Assembly: GCA_964016885.1 (NCBI GenBank)
Contig: OZ024756.1
Coordinates: forward strand, 39,246,001-39,310,000
Length of the DNA stretch: 64,000 bases
Reading direction: 5' to 3'
DNA from: Eledone cirrhosa
Lineage: Eukaryota
How positions within the stretch are numbered: position 1 is the stretch's first letter; every line of letters starts with the position of its first letter. This document shows positions 1 to 12,566 of the stretch, one piece after another. Made by a program: the position numbers and the translations under genes. The notes under the pieces were generated by a model. That model worked only from the letters and a program-made list of their open reading frames with translations, ran no database searches and had not been told where the DNA came from.

Positions 1-121
1 TATATATATATATACGTATATATATATATACGTATATATATATATATATATATATACGTATATATATATATATATACGTATATATATATATATATACGTA
101 TATATATATATATATATATAC

Positions 122-211
<90 letters not shown>

Positions 212-212
212 G

Positions 213-246
<34 letters not shown>

Positions 247-247
247 C

Positions 248-301
<54 letters not shown>

Positions 302-707
302 GTATATATTTATATATATATTTATATATATATATATACGTATATATTTATATATATATATATACGTATATATTTATATATATATATATACGTATATATT
401 TATATATATATATATACGTATATATTTATATATATATATATACGTATATATTTATATATATATATATACGTATATATTTATATATATATATATACGTATA
501 TATTTATATATATATATATACGTATATATTTATATATATATATATATATACGTATATATTTATATATATACGTATATATTTATATATATATATATATACG
601 TATATATATATATATACGTATATATATATATATACGTATATATTTATATATATATATATATACGTATATATATATATATATACGTATATATACGTATATA
701 TATATAT
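1..707. repeat. (TA)n microsatellite with periodic TACG/TTT interruptions
   Basis: Read directly from the sequence. Confidence 0.97.
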
Positions 708-765
708 TGTTATACTTGGGGAGGCTCATATTGTTGTAATAATACTGCCAGAAATAACATTTACA
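708..765 (-). mobile_element. Terminal fragment of the TA-embedded element at 42190-42467
   Basis: gttatacttggggaggctcatattgttgtaataatactgccagaaata is a near reverse complement of about 42418-42467. Confidence 0.7.
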
Positions 766-1344
766 TATATGTATATACATATATATATATATATGTATGT
801 ATGTATATATGAGTGTGTAACAGGTGAATATGAAGGCGTATACAATACGTTTATGTATAAGCAACATCGCATATGGTTTCTCATATAAACCCCTATTATG
901 AACCATGCTATTATAGTGCTACCTTTTATATATAAAGTATAATTCGTCCTATAGATGCTGTGGATACATGAAATTGAGATGATGTTGAAAATGAAAGCTT
1001 TTATCTAAAATATACAATAAACCAATCCTATAAATATGTTCAAAAGGCCGTAAAATCTGGCAAAATAAATTTTCTGAAAGATAAAACGCAAACATATTTT
1101 GGTTGGATGAGCAATGTTAGGTATAAACCAAATATGTATCTTTCATTGATTGCTTTCTAGTGATTCAATCAACATAGAGCAAAGGCAATATTTGATATAT
1201 GCTCGCTGTTGCTCATTCCACGTTGACGATGTATTTTCGGCTAGTACAACTTTAAAGCGCAACCAATTTCAACATAGCCGCAATGATATCTTATTTCTGT
1301 TCACGAAAACATCATTAAACTTTTAAATATTGACTCAAAACACT

Positions 1345-1346
1345 TT

Positions 1347-1394
<48 letters not shown>

Positions 1395-1398
1395 TTAT
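1345..1398 (-). repeat. (TAAA)n tail of the 5S-derived retrocopy
   Basis: A (ttta)n run lies 3' of the 5S sequence on the minus strand. Confidence 0.8.
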
Positions 1399-1452
1399 TT
1401 GAGTTCGAGCCGAGGCACTGAGGCCATGCTGGGGGCACCGCTATAAAGGAAA

Positions 1453-1572
1453 TGCTTACAGCACCTACGTTTCCCAAGCGGTCACCCATACAAGTACTAA
1501 CTAGGTTCGGCGTTGCTTAACTTTCAGTGTTCGGACGAGCACCGGTGTTTTCAGCGTGATATGGTCGTAAAT
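1453..1572 (-). pseudogene. 5S rRNA-derived sequence (pseudogene or head of a SINE3-like element)
   Basis: The reverse complement reads TTTACGACCATATCACGCTGAAAACACCGGTGCTCGTCCGAACACTGAAAGTTAAGCAACGCCGAACCTAGTTAGTACTTGTATGGGTGACCGCTTGGGAAACGTAGGTGCTGTAAGC. This is a full-length animal 5S pattern with box A and box C and several substitutions. It is single copy here and lacks a T4 terminator. Confidence 0.92.
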
Positions 1573-1776
1573 TAAACATTGACATATAAGTGTTATACCG
1601 ACACGTCGTACATTTATGAAAGATTAATAAGAATGAACAAGGTAATTACGAGGGATTAGGGTTAAATTTACCTGTCTTAATCTCAGACAGAAGTGTAAGA
1701 GATGTTATGTGGTTTTTAAAAAAAATCCAAATGTAAGTATTACTGTTACAGAGGAACAAGGGTCTTGCAGTCGTAT

Positions 1777-1779
<3 letters not shown>

Positions 1780-1845
<66 letters not shown>
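1780..1845. repeat. (TC)n microsatellite
   Basis: Read directly. Confidence 0.97.
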
Positions 1846-1847
<2 letters not shown>

Positions 1848-1881
1848 CAACTGGATTCTTTCCCGTAGGTAATGTCCCTGA

Positions 1882-2386
1882 AACCCACACATAACCCACA
1901 CACATAACCCCCACATATAACCCCCACACATAACCCCCACACATAACCCACACACATAACCCACACATAACCCACACACATAACCCACACATAACCCACA
2001 CATAACCCAAACATAACCCACACATAACCCACACATAACCCACACATAACCCACACATAACCCACACATAACCCCCACACATAACCCCCACACATAACCC
2101 CCACATATAACCCACACATAACCCACACATAACCCACACACATAACCCACACACATAACCCACACATAACCCACACATAACCCACACATAACCCACACAT
2201 AACCCACACATAACCCAAACATAACCCAAACATAACCCACACATAATCCACACATAACCCACACACATAACCCACACATAACCCACACATAATCCGCACA
2301 CATAACCCACACATAACCCACACACATAACCCACACACATAACCCACACATAACCCACACACAACCCACACATAACCCACACACAT
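1882..2386. repeat. 12-14 bp minisatellite, TAACCC-(AC)n-A
   Basis: The unit cacacataaccc repeats with length variants. It explains the ORFs within 1646-2497. Confidence 0.95.
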
Positions 2387-2698
2387 ATACACCAGGTCCA
2401 AACACAAAGTTACCAAACTCCCACTGCCACTGTCACCGCCTCTGTGTCCATCTCTTCCGTTCTCCACATATCTCACTAATGAACAATGGAGGCCCAAGAG
2501 CTGGCTTCCCCGTCGCCCCAGTAGACAGTAGAGAGTTTACTAACGTATATCAAAGATTTGTTCTTCTTTTGTTTCACTTGTTTCCATATTCTGTCGGAGA
2601 TAATTTCTCAGCGTCTCAGCGGGGATCGTTTTTTGATGAGATGTTTCTAGTTTTATCTCGCAATGGTTCATTACCATGTCTCTCATCTTTATCTTCTT

Positions 2699-2700
<2 letters not shown>

Positions 2701-2765
<65 letters not shown>

Positions 2766-2766
2766 T

Positions 2767-2824
<58 letters not shown>

Positions 2825-3295
2825 GCATACACACACACACATACGCATACACACACACTACATACACACACACATACACATGCACACACACTACATACAC
2901 ACACCCACCCACACACATACACATACGCATACACACACACATACACATACACACACACACGCATATACACACACACATACGCATACACACTACACACACA
3001 CACACTACACACACTACACAAACATACGCATACACACACACTACATACATACACACATTCATAGACACACACACACACACATGGTACACAAGCACACGCA
3101 CACACATACGCATACACACACACTACATACATACACACATTCATAGACACACACACACATGGTACACAAACACACACACACACACACACATACGCATACA
3201 CACACACTACATACACACACACACACTACACATACTACACACACATACGCATACACACACTACATACATAGATTCATAAACACACACACACACAT
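2701..3295. repeat. (CA)n and degenerate CA-rich microsatellite
   Basis: Read directly. Confidence 0.95.
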
Positions 3296-3398
3296 GGGTT
3301 TCTTGAAGTGTAATTGACCACTAAACAATTTTTATCGGGGTGCGGTTACAGGTTTTTAGTGAGTTGGGGCCTTCCTTTCGACCCACTACGTGGCTGGC

Positions 3399-3898
3399 TT
3401 TGAACTCAGACTATAAAGGGCCGTAACTCTATGCTGCAAAGCAAGGCGTCAGTCCCTCTACTGATACTGCCAATCCACTGATAATAATAATAATTGTTTC
3501 TACTTTAGGCACAAGGCCAGCAATTATCCCAGTGCATTACAGGTACTTTATTTTATCGACCCCGTAAGGATGAAAGGCAAAGTTTACCTCGGCGGGATTT
3601 GAACTCAGAATGGAAAGGGCCGTAACTCTATGCGTCAAAGCATGACGTCTGACCCTCTACTGAATCTGCCAACCCACCGAATGGTTTCTAATATAGGCAC
3701 AAGGCCAGCAATTTTGGGTGAGGAGAAAGTCGATTAAATCGACTCCAGTACGTGACTGGTACTTTATTTTATCGACCCCGTAAGGATGAAAGGCAAAGTT
3801 AACCTCGGTGGGATTTGAACTTGGACTATAAAGGGCCGCAACTCTATGCTGAAAAGCAAGGCGTCAGACCCTCTACCGATACCGCCAATCCACCGCCC
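3399..3898 (-). mobile_element. Tandem cluster of three family A SINEs (tRNA-derived, Meta-domain-like centre): 3399-3480 head only, 3492-3679, 3681-3898
   Basis: Shared core ctggtactttattttatcgaccccgtaaggatgaaaggcaaagttaacctcggcgggatttgaactcag. The minus strand has A-box TGGCAGTATCGG, B-box GAGTTCAAATCC and an (ATT)n tail. Confidence 0.9.
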
Positions 3899-4270
3899 TG
3901 GTGTCGCTTCATATAATGCCATATCAACTAAAGATAAATAAACTTTTCTGAATTCTCAAATATAGACTCGCTACGTATCTACAGATCTGTGTAGGTTGAA
4001 GAATAATTTTCTATTAGATTACAAGGAATAAATAATGAATTTCTAGAAGTAACGAATATCCAGCTGTTATGAGAGATAATATCTAAAAAGCTTTAATTAT
4101 TTCAGTATTCATTCAATATCATTTATATACCACACGTCGATTGGTAACACACATATAGAGATATAGATATGTAAATGAAACAATTTTGGTACTTGGCTAT
4201 TGCTATAGAAACTATATAACAGAGTATTGTTTTAGACATCCATGCTTGTAGATTTATTTAGTTTAAATAG

Positions 4271-4487
4271 AATGGTTTTTGATTTAGGCACAAGGCCAGC
4301 AATTTTAGGGGAAGAGAAAATCGATTAAATCGACCCCAATGCATTACTGGTACTTTATTTTATCGACCCGTAAGGATGAAAAGCAAAGCTAACCTCGGCG
4401 GGATTTGAACGCAGAATATAAAGGGACGTAACTATACCGCAAAGGATGTTGTCCGACGCTCTACAGATTCTGCCAATCCACCGCCCT
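4271..4487 (-). mobile_element. SINE family A, long-tail form
   Basis: Core motif present; target-site duplication (TSD) atttagtttaaata on both sides. Confidence 0.9.
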
Positions 4488-4502
4488 GATTTAGTTTAAA
4501 TA

Positions 4503-4633
4503 TAATTGTTTCAACTTTTCGGACAAGGCCAGCAATTCCCCCAGTACATTACTGGTACTTTATTTTATCGACCCCGTAAGGATGAAAGGCAAAGTTAACC
4601 TCGGCGAGATTTGAACTCAGATCATAAAGGGCC
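4503..4633 (-). mobile_element. SINE family A, 5'-truncated
   Basis: Core motif present. Confidence 0.88.
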
Positions 4634-4649
4634 ACACGCCTTCACAGAA

Positions 4650-5120
4650 TGAATATATTCTGCGATATATTAAATCTTCATAGATACGGGGATTAAAGAT
4701 AACCACGCGGATATTGTTGTCAAGTACACTGTGGAAATGCAGCGTCTCCTAATTGTATTAGTCGCAGCAGACGATAATGTATCTCTAAGGGAAATGGATA
4801 GATTATTCAAATACCGAGATCTAGAAATAGAAATAGCCAGAATATAGATAATGAAACGAAAAGAAAAATATATTCATAGTAAATATTCATGGGAATAATT
4901 AATAAAATGTTCATGATAAATAAAATACAATCATACTCCAGGGCTAATACATAGGCATAGTATAAAGAAGATAGCATTATTAGACATTGCAGATATATTA
5001 TGTAGTGGACTTCCAATTAAATACAAAGCAAAAGACACATGGTAAAGCATTACACCTGCCATAGTCGTTTAAAGCTGCTGGTTGCTGTGCAGGAAACGTA
5101 TGCGGTAGAAGTAATGAGAA
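4650..5120 (+). mobile_element. Degenerate 3' fragment of an R4/Dong-like non-LTR retrotransposon (restriction-like endonuclease, RLE, region)
   Basis: Hand translation gives IKDNHADIVVK...AADDNVSLREMDRLFKYRDLEIEIARI* and TPGLIHRHSIKKIALLDIADIL. This matches the R4/Dong pattern NRPDIVV..D.N...KE.EK..KY.DL and the copy at 20175. Confidence 0.75.
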
Positions 5121-5404
5121 ATAAATTGCAACACTTTGAAACAATAATATACATTAACTATACAGAGGGAGATTAAATAGACACAAAAGAAACATTAGAA
5201 ATAGTTTTGATGTCTATTCTTTGATGTCTATTAGAATACAAAACATAACTGGTTAGAAGAACACAGAACAGCAATAGAAATTGGAATACCACATCATGAA
5301 ATCATTACAATACAGGTAGAACATTGCTAGGGGTGGGATATATATTTATATATATATACGAAAGGCGAATGAAACTAAAAAAAAAACCTCAGGTAAATAG
5401 AAAA

Positions 5405-5593
5405 TAATTGTTTCGACTTTTGGCACAAGGCCAGCAATTAACCAGTGCATTACTGGTACTTTATTTTATCGACCCCGTAAGGATGAAAGGCAAAGTTAAC
5501 CTCGGCGGGATTTGAACTCAGAATGGCAAGGGCCGTAACTATGCGTCAAAGCATGGCGTCCGACCCTCTACCAATACTGCCAATCCACTGCCC
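5405..5593 (-). mobile_element. SINE family A, full length
   Basis: Core motif present; TSD taaatagaaaataat. Confidence 0.92.
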
Positions 5594-6430
5594 TTAAATA
5601 GAAAATAATAAAATCATGAATGTAGACTAAAAAAAAAAAACTAAATTATAATTTATGAGAGATAATTAAAACAAATAATGAAAAAATAATTAAATAAAAT
5701 CTTCCTGGCTAAATTCTTTTCTCAATACATCTTCTGAACCTAATAAAAATTCTAAAGAAATCAAGTCTCCTGGATGCAGTTTGAATTTTCAATTAACAAA
5801 AATTCGCTGTGGATTGATGTGTTGTCCCTTATGTTAAAAACAAATGCATCATAAAACTTAATTAGTTATATACGTCGACATAAAATTCGTGACTAATTCC
5901 TCTCTACTGCGATGATTATATTTTATTGGGCTGATTTATCACCTGAAATAATCTGTGAAACCAGGACTGGCTGAAGAACTAGCAAATCATACTGTATAAG
6001 TGTGTTTAAGTAGCTTTCAGAGGGATCTTAATTTTACATTGAGAAATAAAGAGATGCATGCAAAGATAATACGAGATACAGTGTCTTAGAAAAGAATTTC
6101 TTATCAATCAAATCATTTATGTGGCTTATCATGTGATATTGGTGTAGTCCACAATACGATTTATCAGTAAAGGTTACATAGAAACAAATCCCAGAGTGCA
6201 ATACAATAACGATGATCTGTATTCAACGGTATTCTATTTAATTTTACCTATCTTGGACAAGTACAGAGTTCATCACTATTAACAATTTCTACTTTAGGAA
6301 CAAGGCCAGCAATTATTTATTTCTCATTAATTACAATCTGAGAGGCAGGAATATTATTTAAATATTGTATATTTTCAAACTTTTACAGATATTGTTCGGC
6401 ACTCTACCGACTTAGCCAGCACAGTCGTAT

Positions 6431-6640
6431 AATGATTTCAACTTTAGGCACAAGGCCAGCAATTTAGGGGAGGGGAAAAGTCGATTAAATCGACCCCAGT
6501 GCATTACTGGTACTTTATTTTATCGACCCCGTAAGGATGAAAGGTAAAGTTAACATCGGCGGGATTTGAACTCAGAACGTAAATTCAGGTTGTAACTCTA
6601 TGTTGCAAAATATAGTGTCTGACGCTCTACAAATTACTGC
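6431..6640 (-). mobile_element. SINE family A, long-tail form
   Basis: Core motif present. Confidence 0.88.
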
Positions 6641-7426
6641 AAAAACCCCTCCCTCTCCCGCGCTGCCGCCATCAGAGTTCTGCACTAATAACAAAAAATG
6701 CATTTCGTTTCGCCAACTAGCCAATATCTTGTCAGTTCGAAGATCTCTCGTGTTTGTACATATCTTACATACTTGAGATTACAAATAAAAGCGAAGAAAA
6801 TAAAGTTTTGAAGTGCTGAGCAACAGAGATTTCATCTTGGTATAAATAGGTATTGCTTAAATCAAGCTAGTGATAACAATCCTCTTACAACTATTGATTA
6901 GGATCGACTTTACCTTTTATAAGTAGACAATAAAACGAAATAGCTGAACTGAAAATTGAACATGAATGGTAAAATCAACTCAACAACACATACTTGAATG
7001 AAATGAAGAGAGCTGATCTCACCAATGCAATGAAAAGACACAGTAATGTCTAATATTAAAACCAGGTAACACAAATCACAAATTATACAGCTCATACGAA
7101 ACACAACATTCCAACTAATATCATAACACATCAAAACTGTTGTAGTTTGCGAACGCAATTTTCAACATCCACAAATATTGTAATCCTCTGAGAAACACTG
7201 AGGAGCACTTAATGAAATAGAAACTCGTATAAAACAATTAAATACTGCTTTGTTTATTTTTGCTACAGTTTGTTTATTTTAGCTACAAAGGGCAATTATA
7301 CAGAATATCATCAATACTGAATACCAAACCTGAAACGCGGTAAAATCTGGTCTTATGTTGGGAAGAATATGGTGGTGGTGTTGGTGGTGGTGATTGTGGT
7401 TGTGGTGGTGGTGGTGTTAGTGGTGG

Positions 7427-7530
7427 TAGCGTCCGAAACGTTAAGACCCTCTTCCTGCTATATCAAGTGTTAATCTAATATATTCCTTCCATATACTGTA
7501 CCGATTGTGTTGTTATTTCTGTTTACCTTT

Positions 7531-7536
<6 letters not shown>
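7427..7536 (+). mobile_element. 5'-truncated Penelope-like pLTR remnant starting inside hammerhead stem II
   Basis: tagcgtccgaaacgttaagacc...ttttacatac is homologous to the reverse complement of 36740-36850 and ends in (TA)n. Confidence 0.7.
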
Positions 7537-7569
<33 letters not shown>

Positions 7570-8035
7570 GATATATATACATATATTGGTAGAACACCAG
7601 GAGGTTATATCCGTGCAGTTCGGTTGAAAATCGATTGGGTGAAAGGCGCGTCCTCGGGGACAGTTTACTAATTTGTTGTGGAACTAACTTTATACCAAAC
7701 ATCTTTTTGTCCAATTTTGCTTTCTTCTCTTTCGTATACTCGTATGTTCCCTTTTCATCAGATTTGTATTTGTTTCTCCACTTCTTATCTCCTATTTATT
7801 TTTCAGTCTATTTTAATCACTCTTTCTTCAATTTTACTCTTTTTTAAACTATCGTCTGCTTTTTACATGGTTTTGTTCACATTCTAAGAGGTAATTTCAT
7901 CATTACATTTATCTTGCTTCTTCTCTTATTTCAATCTCGTCTGCCTTTCTCAATATATCTCTACTATTCCTCTATTTCGTCTCCTCCCTTATTCATATAA
8001 AGCTTCTCTGTATTCTGTATCTATTATATACGATA

Positions 8036-8108
8036 TAATTGTTTCTACTTTTGGGACAAGGCCAGCAATTACCCAGTGCATTACTGGTACTTTATTTTAT
8101 CGACCCCA
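8036..8108 (-). mobile_element. SINE family A, 3' fragment
   Basis: Tail plus part of the core. Confidence 0.85.
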
Positions 8109-8481
8109 TAATTATATACTATATAATAGTACCAATATGTGTTCGACATACCAGAAGATGTCTTCGATTTTCACCGCAGGCAATTTGGAAACTTCATTTC
8201 CCAACAATCTTAACCAGTGACGTTCGAACTAACGACACCATTTTCAATTATCTTGAAGCAGAGATGGCAAATCGTTGCAATGTGAATCTTTTCACATGTT
8301 AACTCTCGTTACAACTGTATCTGACTGAGTATATAGCAAATAATTTGCTCGATTTTATTGATCACATAGTCTACTCTGGAGACAATGTGAAGACATAAAT
8401 CTGTGGAGGTGTAAATTATGGAAACAGACCCGAAGATATATATTAGAATCTCTTTCGTTCTCCTCCGTTCTCTCCCTACCT

Positions 8482-8715
8482 TTATATATAATATATATGT
8501 ATATATATGTATATATGAGTGTATGTGTGTGTGTGGTGTATGAGTGTATGTGTATATGTATATGTGTGTCTGTGTATATGTATGTATGTATGAGTGTATG
8601 TATATATATATATGTATGTGTGTATATATATATATGTGTGTGTGTGTGTGTATGTATATATATATGTATGTGTGTATATGTATATATATATGTGTGTATG
8701 TATATAACATACATC
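8482..8715. repeat. TA/TG compound microsatellite
   Basis: Read directly. Confidence 0.9.
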
Positions 8716-9288
8716 TATCGTACCATCGCTCCCTCTCACACCACATATACATAGTTGCTAAGACAAGCCAGTGAGGTTGCTACGAGATAGTGAAGGACAT
8801 AGAAACCGCTACGTTTGATGGTTCCAAGCAAAGTTGTCAAGCTCTTGAATCAAACTAGTAAAAATCTATTTTTCTTCTTCTGTTTATTCACATTGAACAT
8901 GTAATCAATTTCTAAACAATATCTTACATTTGCTGGGATACGACGTATTGTACTCATGAAAGACAAACAACATTGTTTCTTTGATAGGGAGGTGAAGGGT
9001 TCTAACGGTGGTTCATTGGTAGTTTGGTATCAGTGGTGGTGGTGGGAGTGGCAGATGTTTTGTTAGGTAGTCCGAGTAGTTTTGGTACAGAATGGTAATG
9101 GTCTGTTAAAAGATTTTGGTATTATTTATTAAGGATTAAGACAGAGAGCTGCCATTTTGCTACAGAGATAAGCATACTGATAGATAGGATAGATAGATAG
9201 ACAGAGGGAGCGAGAGAGAGAGAGAGAGAGGGAGAGAGAGAGATATACTGATATTTTGAGAAGAGGCACGATAGAGCAATAGATATGC

Positions 9289-9401
<113 letters not shown>

Positions 9402-9580
9402 GTATATCTGGCGATATACCGTATGTTTAATTAAAAATATTTAGAAGACCATACGTTATCAGTTTTAAAGTAGTGACTATGTCACTTACTTCTTTTCGGT
9501 ATATTGCCAAATATACTATACATACATTAATGTATACATCACTATTTCAGAGCACCAATCCTAATATATATATATATATA

Positions 9581-9715
9581 TACGATATCAAATAAATGGA
9601 AACTATATTTATAAAACCATATTTATTTCATTATATATATTTCAGGGATATCATATTAACAATATGTTATGCCTTCTTCAGACTAGTTGTAACCCAACAA
9701 TTTAAATATAACTTT

Positions 9716-9718
<3 letters not shown>
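9581..9718 (-). mobile_element. TA-flanked Penelope-like pLTR remnant with a degenerate hammerhead core
   Basis: The minus strand reads CTGAAGA-AGGCATAACATATT-gtt-AATATGATATCCCT-GAAA-TATATA followed by AATAAA. It is homologous to 43160-43491. Confidence 0.6.
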
Positions 9719-9783
<65 letters not shown>

Positions 9784-9857
9784 AATTCGAAGTTTGAAAG
9801 CGACGACAATACGGGTTTAGACGGAGAATAATTAAATCGTAAGAAACAGGGCTGTTT

Positions 9858-10062
9858 TTTTTTACCTTAATTTATTCATATGTCTTGATATTTCGAGATT
9901 AATATCTCTTCTTCCGAGGAACCACTTCCGGCCACCATGGTATAGGAAGCCAGATCGGACACTTGAATAGTTCCTTTATTCTCCCCGGAAGAAGAGATGT
10001 TAATCTCGAAATATCAAAATATATGAATAAATTCAGGTAAAATATCAGGACATATGAATAAA
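9858..10062 (+). mobile_element. Inverted-repeat Penelope-like remnant with a hammerhead-like core
   Basis: Arms at 9858-9916 and 9986-10042. The right arm starts CGGAAGA-A-GAGAT-gtta-ATCTC-GAAA-TATC and contains AATAAA. Confidence 0.65.
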
Positions 10063-10700
10063 CAAGTCTCGCTATGAATGCTTTAAGATGTGATCATGTT
10101 CCAGGTCCCTCAAGTAGACGTGTTAGAAGGTCAGACTCTAGTATTTCATTTAAATTAATATTTACTCATTCGGTACTAAGGTCAGCATAAGGTTCAGCGT
10201 TTATAGAATTCGTTTACGAAATATTTGCTGGACATGTTTATTTAATTTCATATGCACCTTTATTATGAATCACGTTATGTTAATAATACTAATTAATACC
10301 CCCCCCCCTCTCTCTCTATCAAGCTATAATATGTGCGCCTGTGTGCGTAAATACGAGGATTCATGCGAAGCGCCTTATGTATGACATTTGAAATGCTGTA
10401 ATTTGAAATGCTGTCAATTTTAAAGATTCCACATCGATTAATAGAGACAGTTTCTTCATTATGAATATATCTTGGCAATGAAAGTGACACCCTTAACCTG
10501 TTCTACCCCAGACTGTAAAACTGAGATAGAAATAACTGGAGACTCTTGTCTGGGCTGGTCACTTTTCATGGCTCCCAATTTAAAAGAATAATTTAGAAAA
10601 TCTTTCAATTCTATCAATCTCCCACCACGCTATCCTTATATCTTCTCTCCTCCATTCTCTCCTCATATCTTCTCTCTTCTACCCCCCCCCCCTATTTCTC

Positions 10701-10788
<88 letters not shown>

Positions 10789-11027
10789 CTACCATCTCTC
10801 GCATATCTGCATTGATTGTTAACTTAGAAACAATATCATCATTTAATTAATTCTAATCATTTAATTAATTCTAATAATGAGAATTTTTCATTACCAATTA
10901 AAAAGACTGCGACTAAACATTACAGAGAATCAGTGAGTATCCAGTTAGAATCTTGCACGAGCTGAAATATATAACGACGTTTTCATAATTTCATGAAATA
11001 AAAATACCCACCAGTAATCGGTCCATA

Positions 11028-11178
11028 ATTATTGTTTCTACTTTTGGCACAAGGTCAGCAATTACCCCAGTGTATTACTGGTACTTTATTTCGACGACCC
11101 GTAAGGATGAAAGGCAAAGTTAACCTCGGCGGGATTTGAACTCAGAACGGCAAGGGCCGTAACTCTATGCGTCAAAGC
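11028..11178 (-). mobile_element. SINE family A, 5'-truncated
   Basis: Core motif present. Confidence 0.88.
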
Positions 11179-11194
11179 AATTATGACAAATACA

Positions 11195-11271
11195 CAGGGT
11201 GTCCCCAAAAAACATACACACTTCAACAGCTTTCTAATCAAAGTATATATACATTTTTGGGGGACACCCTG
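11195..11271. mobile_element. Tc1/mariner-type MITE of about 80 bp
   Basis: Terminal inverted repeats (TIRs) CAGGGTGTCCCCAAAAA and TTTTTGGGGGACACCCTG followed by TA. Four related copies occur in the window. Confidence 0.85.
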
Positions 11272-11667
11272 TATATTAAATTGCATGAATCCCAATAAAT
11301 TGCTGCTAATTATTATAACATCAATTAAATATTTCATTTATTGGTGGAATTCAGGGCCTTAAACGGAAGTATCCATCAACGTTTAGTCGTTCTGCGAACC
11401 TCGTACCAGCTCGGACAACTTCCGTTCTACAATTAACTTCCGTTCTACAATTCTCTTTTATAGAGTTCATTGTAGATATTATTGGATCCCCCTGCTCAAA
11501 AATACAATTAATTTTACAGTTACTCTATGGGACGCCTGGCATAAATATTTTCTTAGATTATTTCAATGGTTATCTTAACTATAATAAAGTAAGGAGTGCG
11601 GGACTGCATCGAGAATATATTTTTTTTTTATCTCATTTGTAAAATAAGTTGGATTACTTTAAATAAA

Positions 11668-11850
11668 TAATTGTTTCTACTATTGGCACACGGCCAGCAA
11701 TTACCCAGTACATTACTGGTACTTTATTTTATCGACCTCGTAAGGATGAAAGGCAAAGTTAACCTCGGCGGGATTTGAACTCAGAATGGCAACGGCCGTA
11801 ACTCAATGCGTCAAAGCATGGTGTCCGACCCTCTACCGATACTGCAAAGT
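11668..11850 (-). mobile_element. SINE family A
   Basis: Core motif present. Confidence 0.9.
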
Positions 11851-12224
11851 GACCACCATTTTAAATAAGTAATGAATGAATATTACATAATTTATCTACT
11901 AAATTTCGTAGCTTTTGATTAAAATATATTTTATTGCTTATTTAAAGATTCACTTCTTTAAAATTTTCAAATGTCAACACTTCCGGTTAGCGATCGCTTA
12001 AATAAACATTCATATATTTCCGTCACTAATTTTCTCCTAATGCAGATTATATATAATGTCGTCTTTCTTTAATGTATCATGGATTACGTTACTGATTACA
12101 TAAGACAGTGTAACGCAGTCTTCGTTCAATTTCTGTGTATATTGTCAATTACGATTTTATTTGATGTATCATATCTACATGTATATATACCTGCGTATAA
12201 TATCAATATATACACTACACATGC

Positions 12225-12566
12225 CAGCAGAAAACCATCGAAGGGTAGCGACTAACCCAGGTTCTGCTGCACGTCGGGCTTAGGAGGCCAAACTCTTCAA
12301 ACACCGGTCGCTCTCCGACAGGTTTGCGGTTGTACCCTTGGCAGTGGAGACTTCTGGTGTCCTCGGCCCTAGGGCTACCTCCTTACTCACCACAGCCCCG
12401 GCGGATAGAATGGAGAAGGTGTTTCCCCGGAGGACGGCAAGGGAGACGCGCTGGAAAAGCCATTCCAGCTCGCGAGGCTTACACCTGCGGCTGGCCAACT
12501 CAGCGCCTATGGTGGTGAGTAGGGAGGTAGCTAAGGGTACAACCACAAACCTGTCGGAGAGCGACT
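12225..12566. mobile_element. Rearranged (inverted) C-terminal RLE fragment of a CRE-like non-LTR retrotransposon
   Basis: The plus strand gives PGSAARRA*EAKLFKHRSLSDRFAVVPLAVETSGVLGPRATSLLTT. The minus strand gives SLSDRFVVVPLATSLLTTIGAELASRRCKPRELEWLFQRVSLAVLRGNTFSILS. The P.AVETSG..G and QR.S.A..RGN motifs are typical of CRE-clade ORF ends. Confidence 0.75.

Noticed and set aside
1453-1572. Functional 5S rRNA gene
   Set aside because: It is a solitary copy with several substitutions and indels, no T4 terminator and a retroposon-like tail.
580-3279. ORFs rich in YI, VC, HT or ER dipeptides, here and throughout the window
   Set aside because: These are microsatellite translations.
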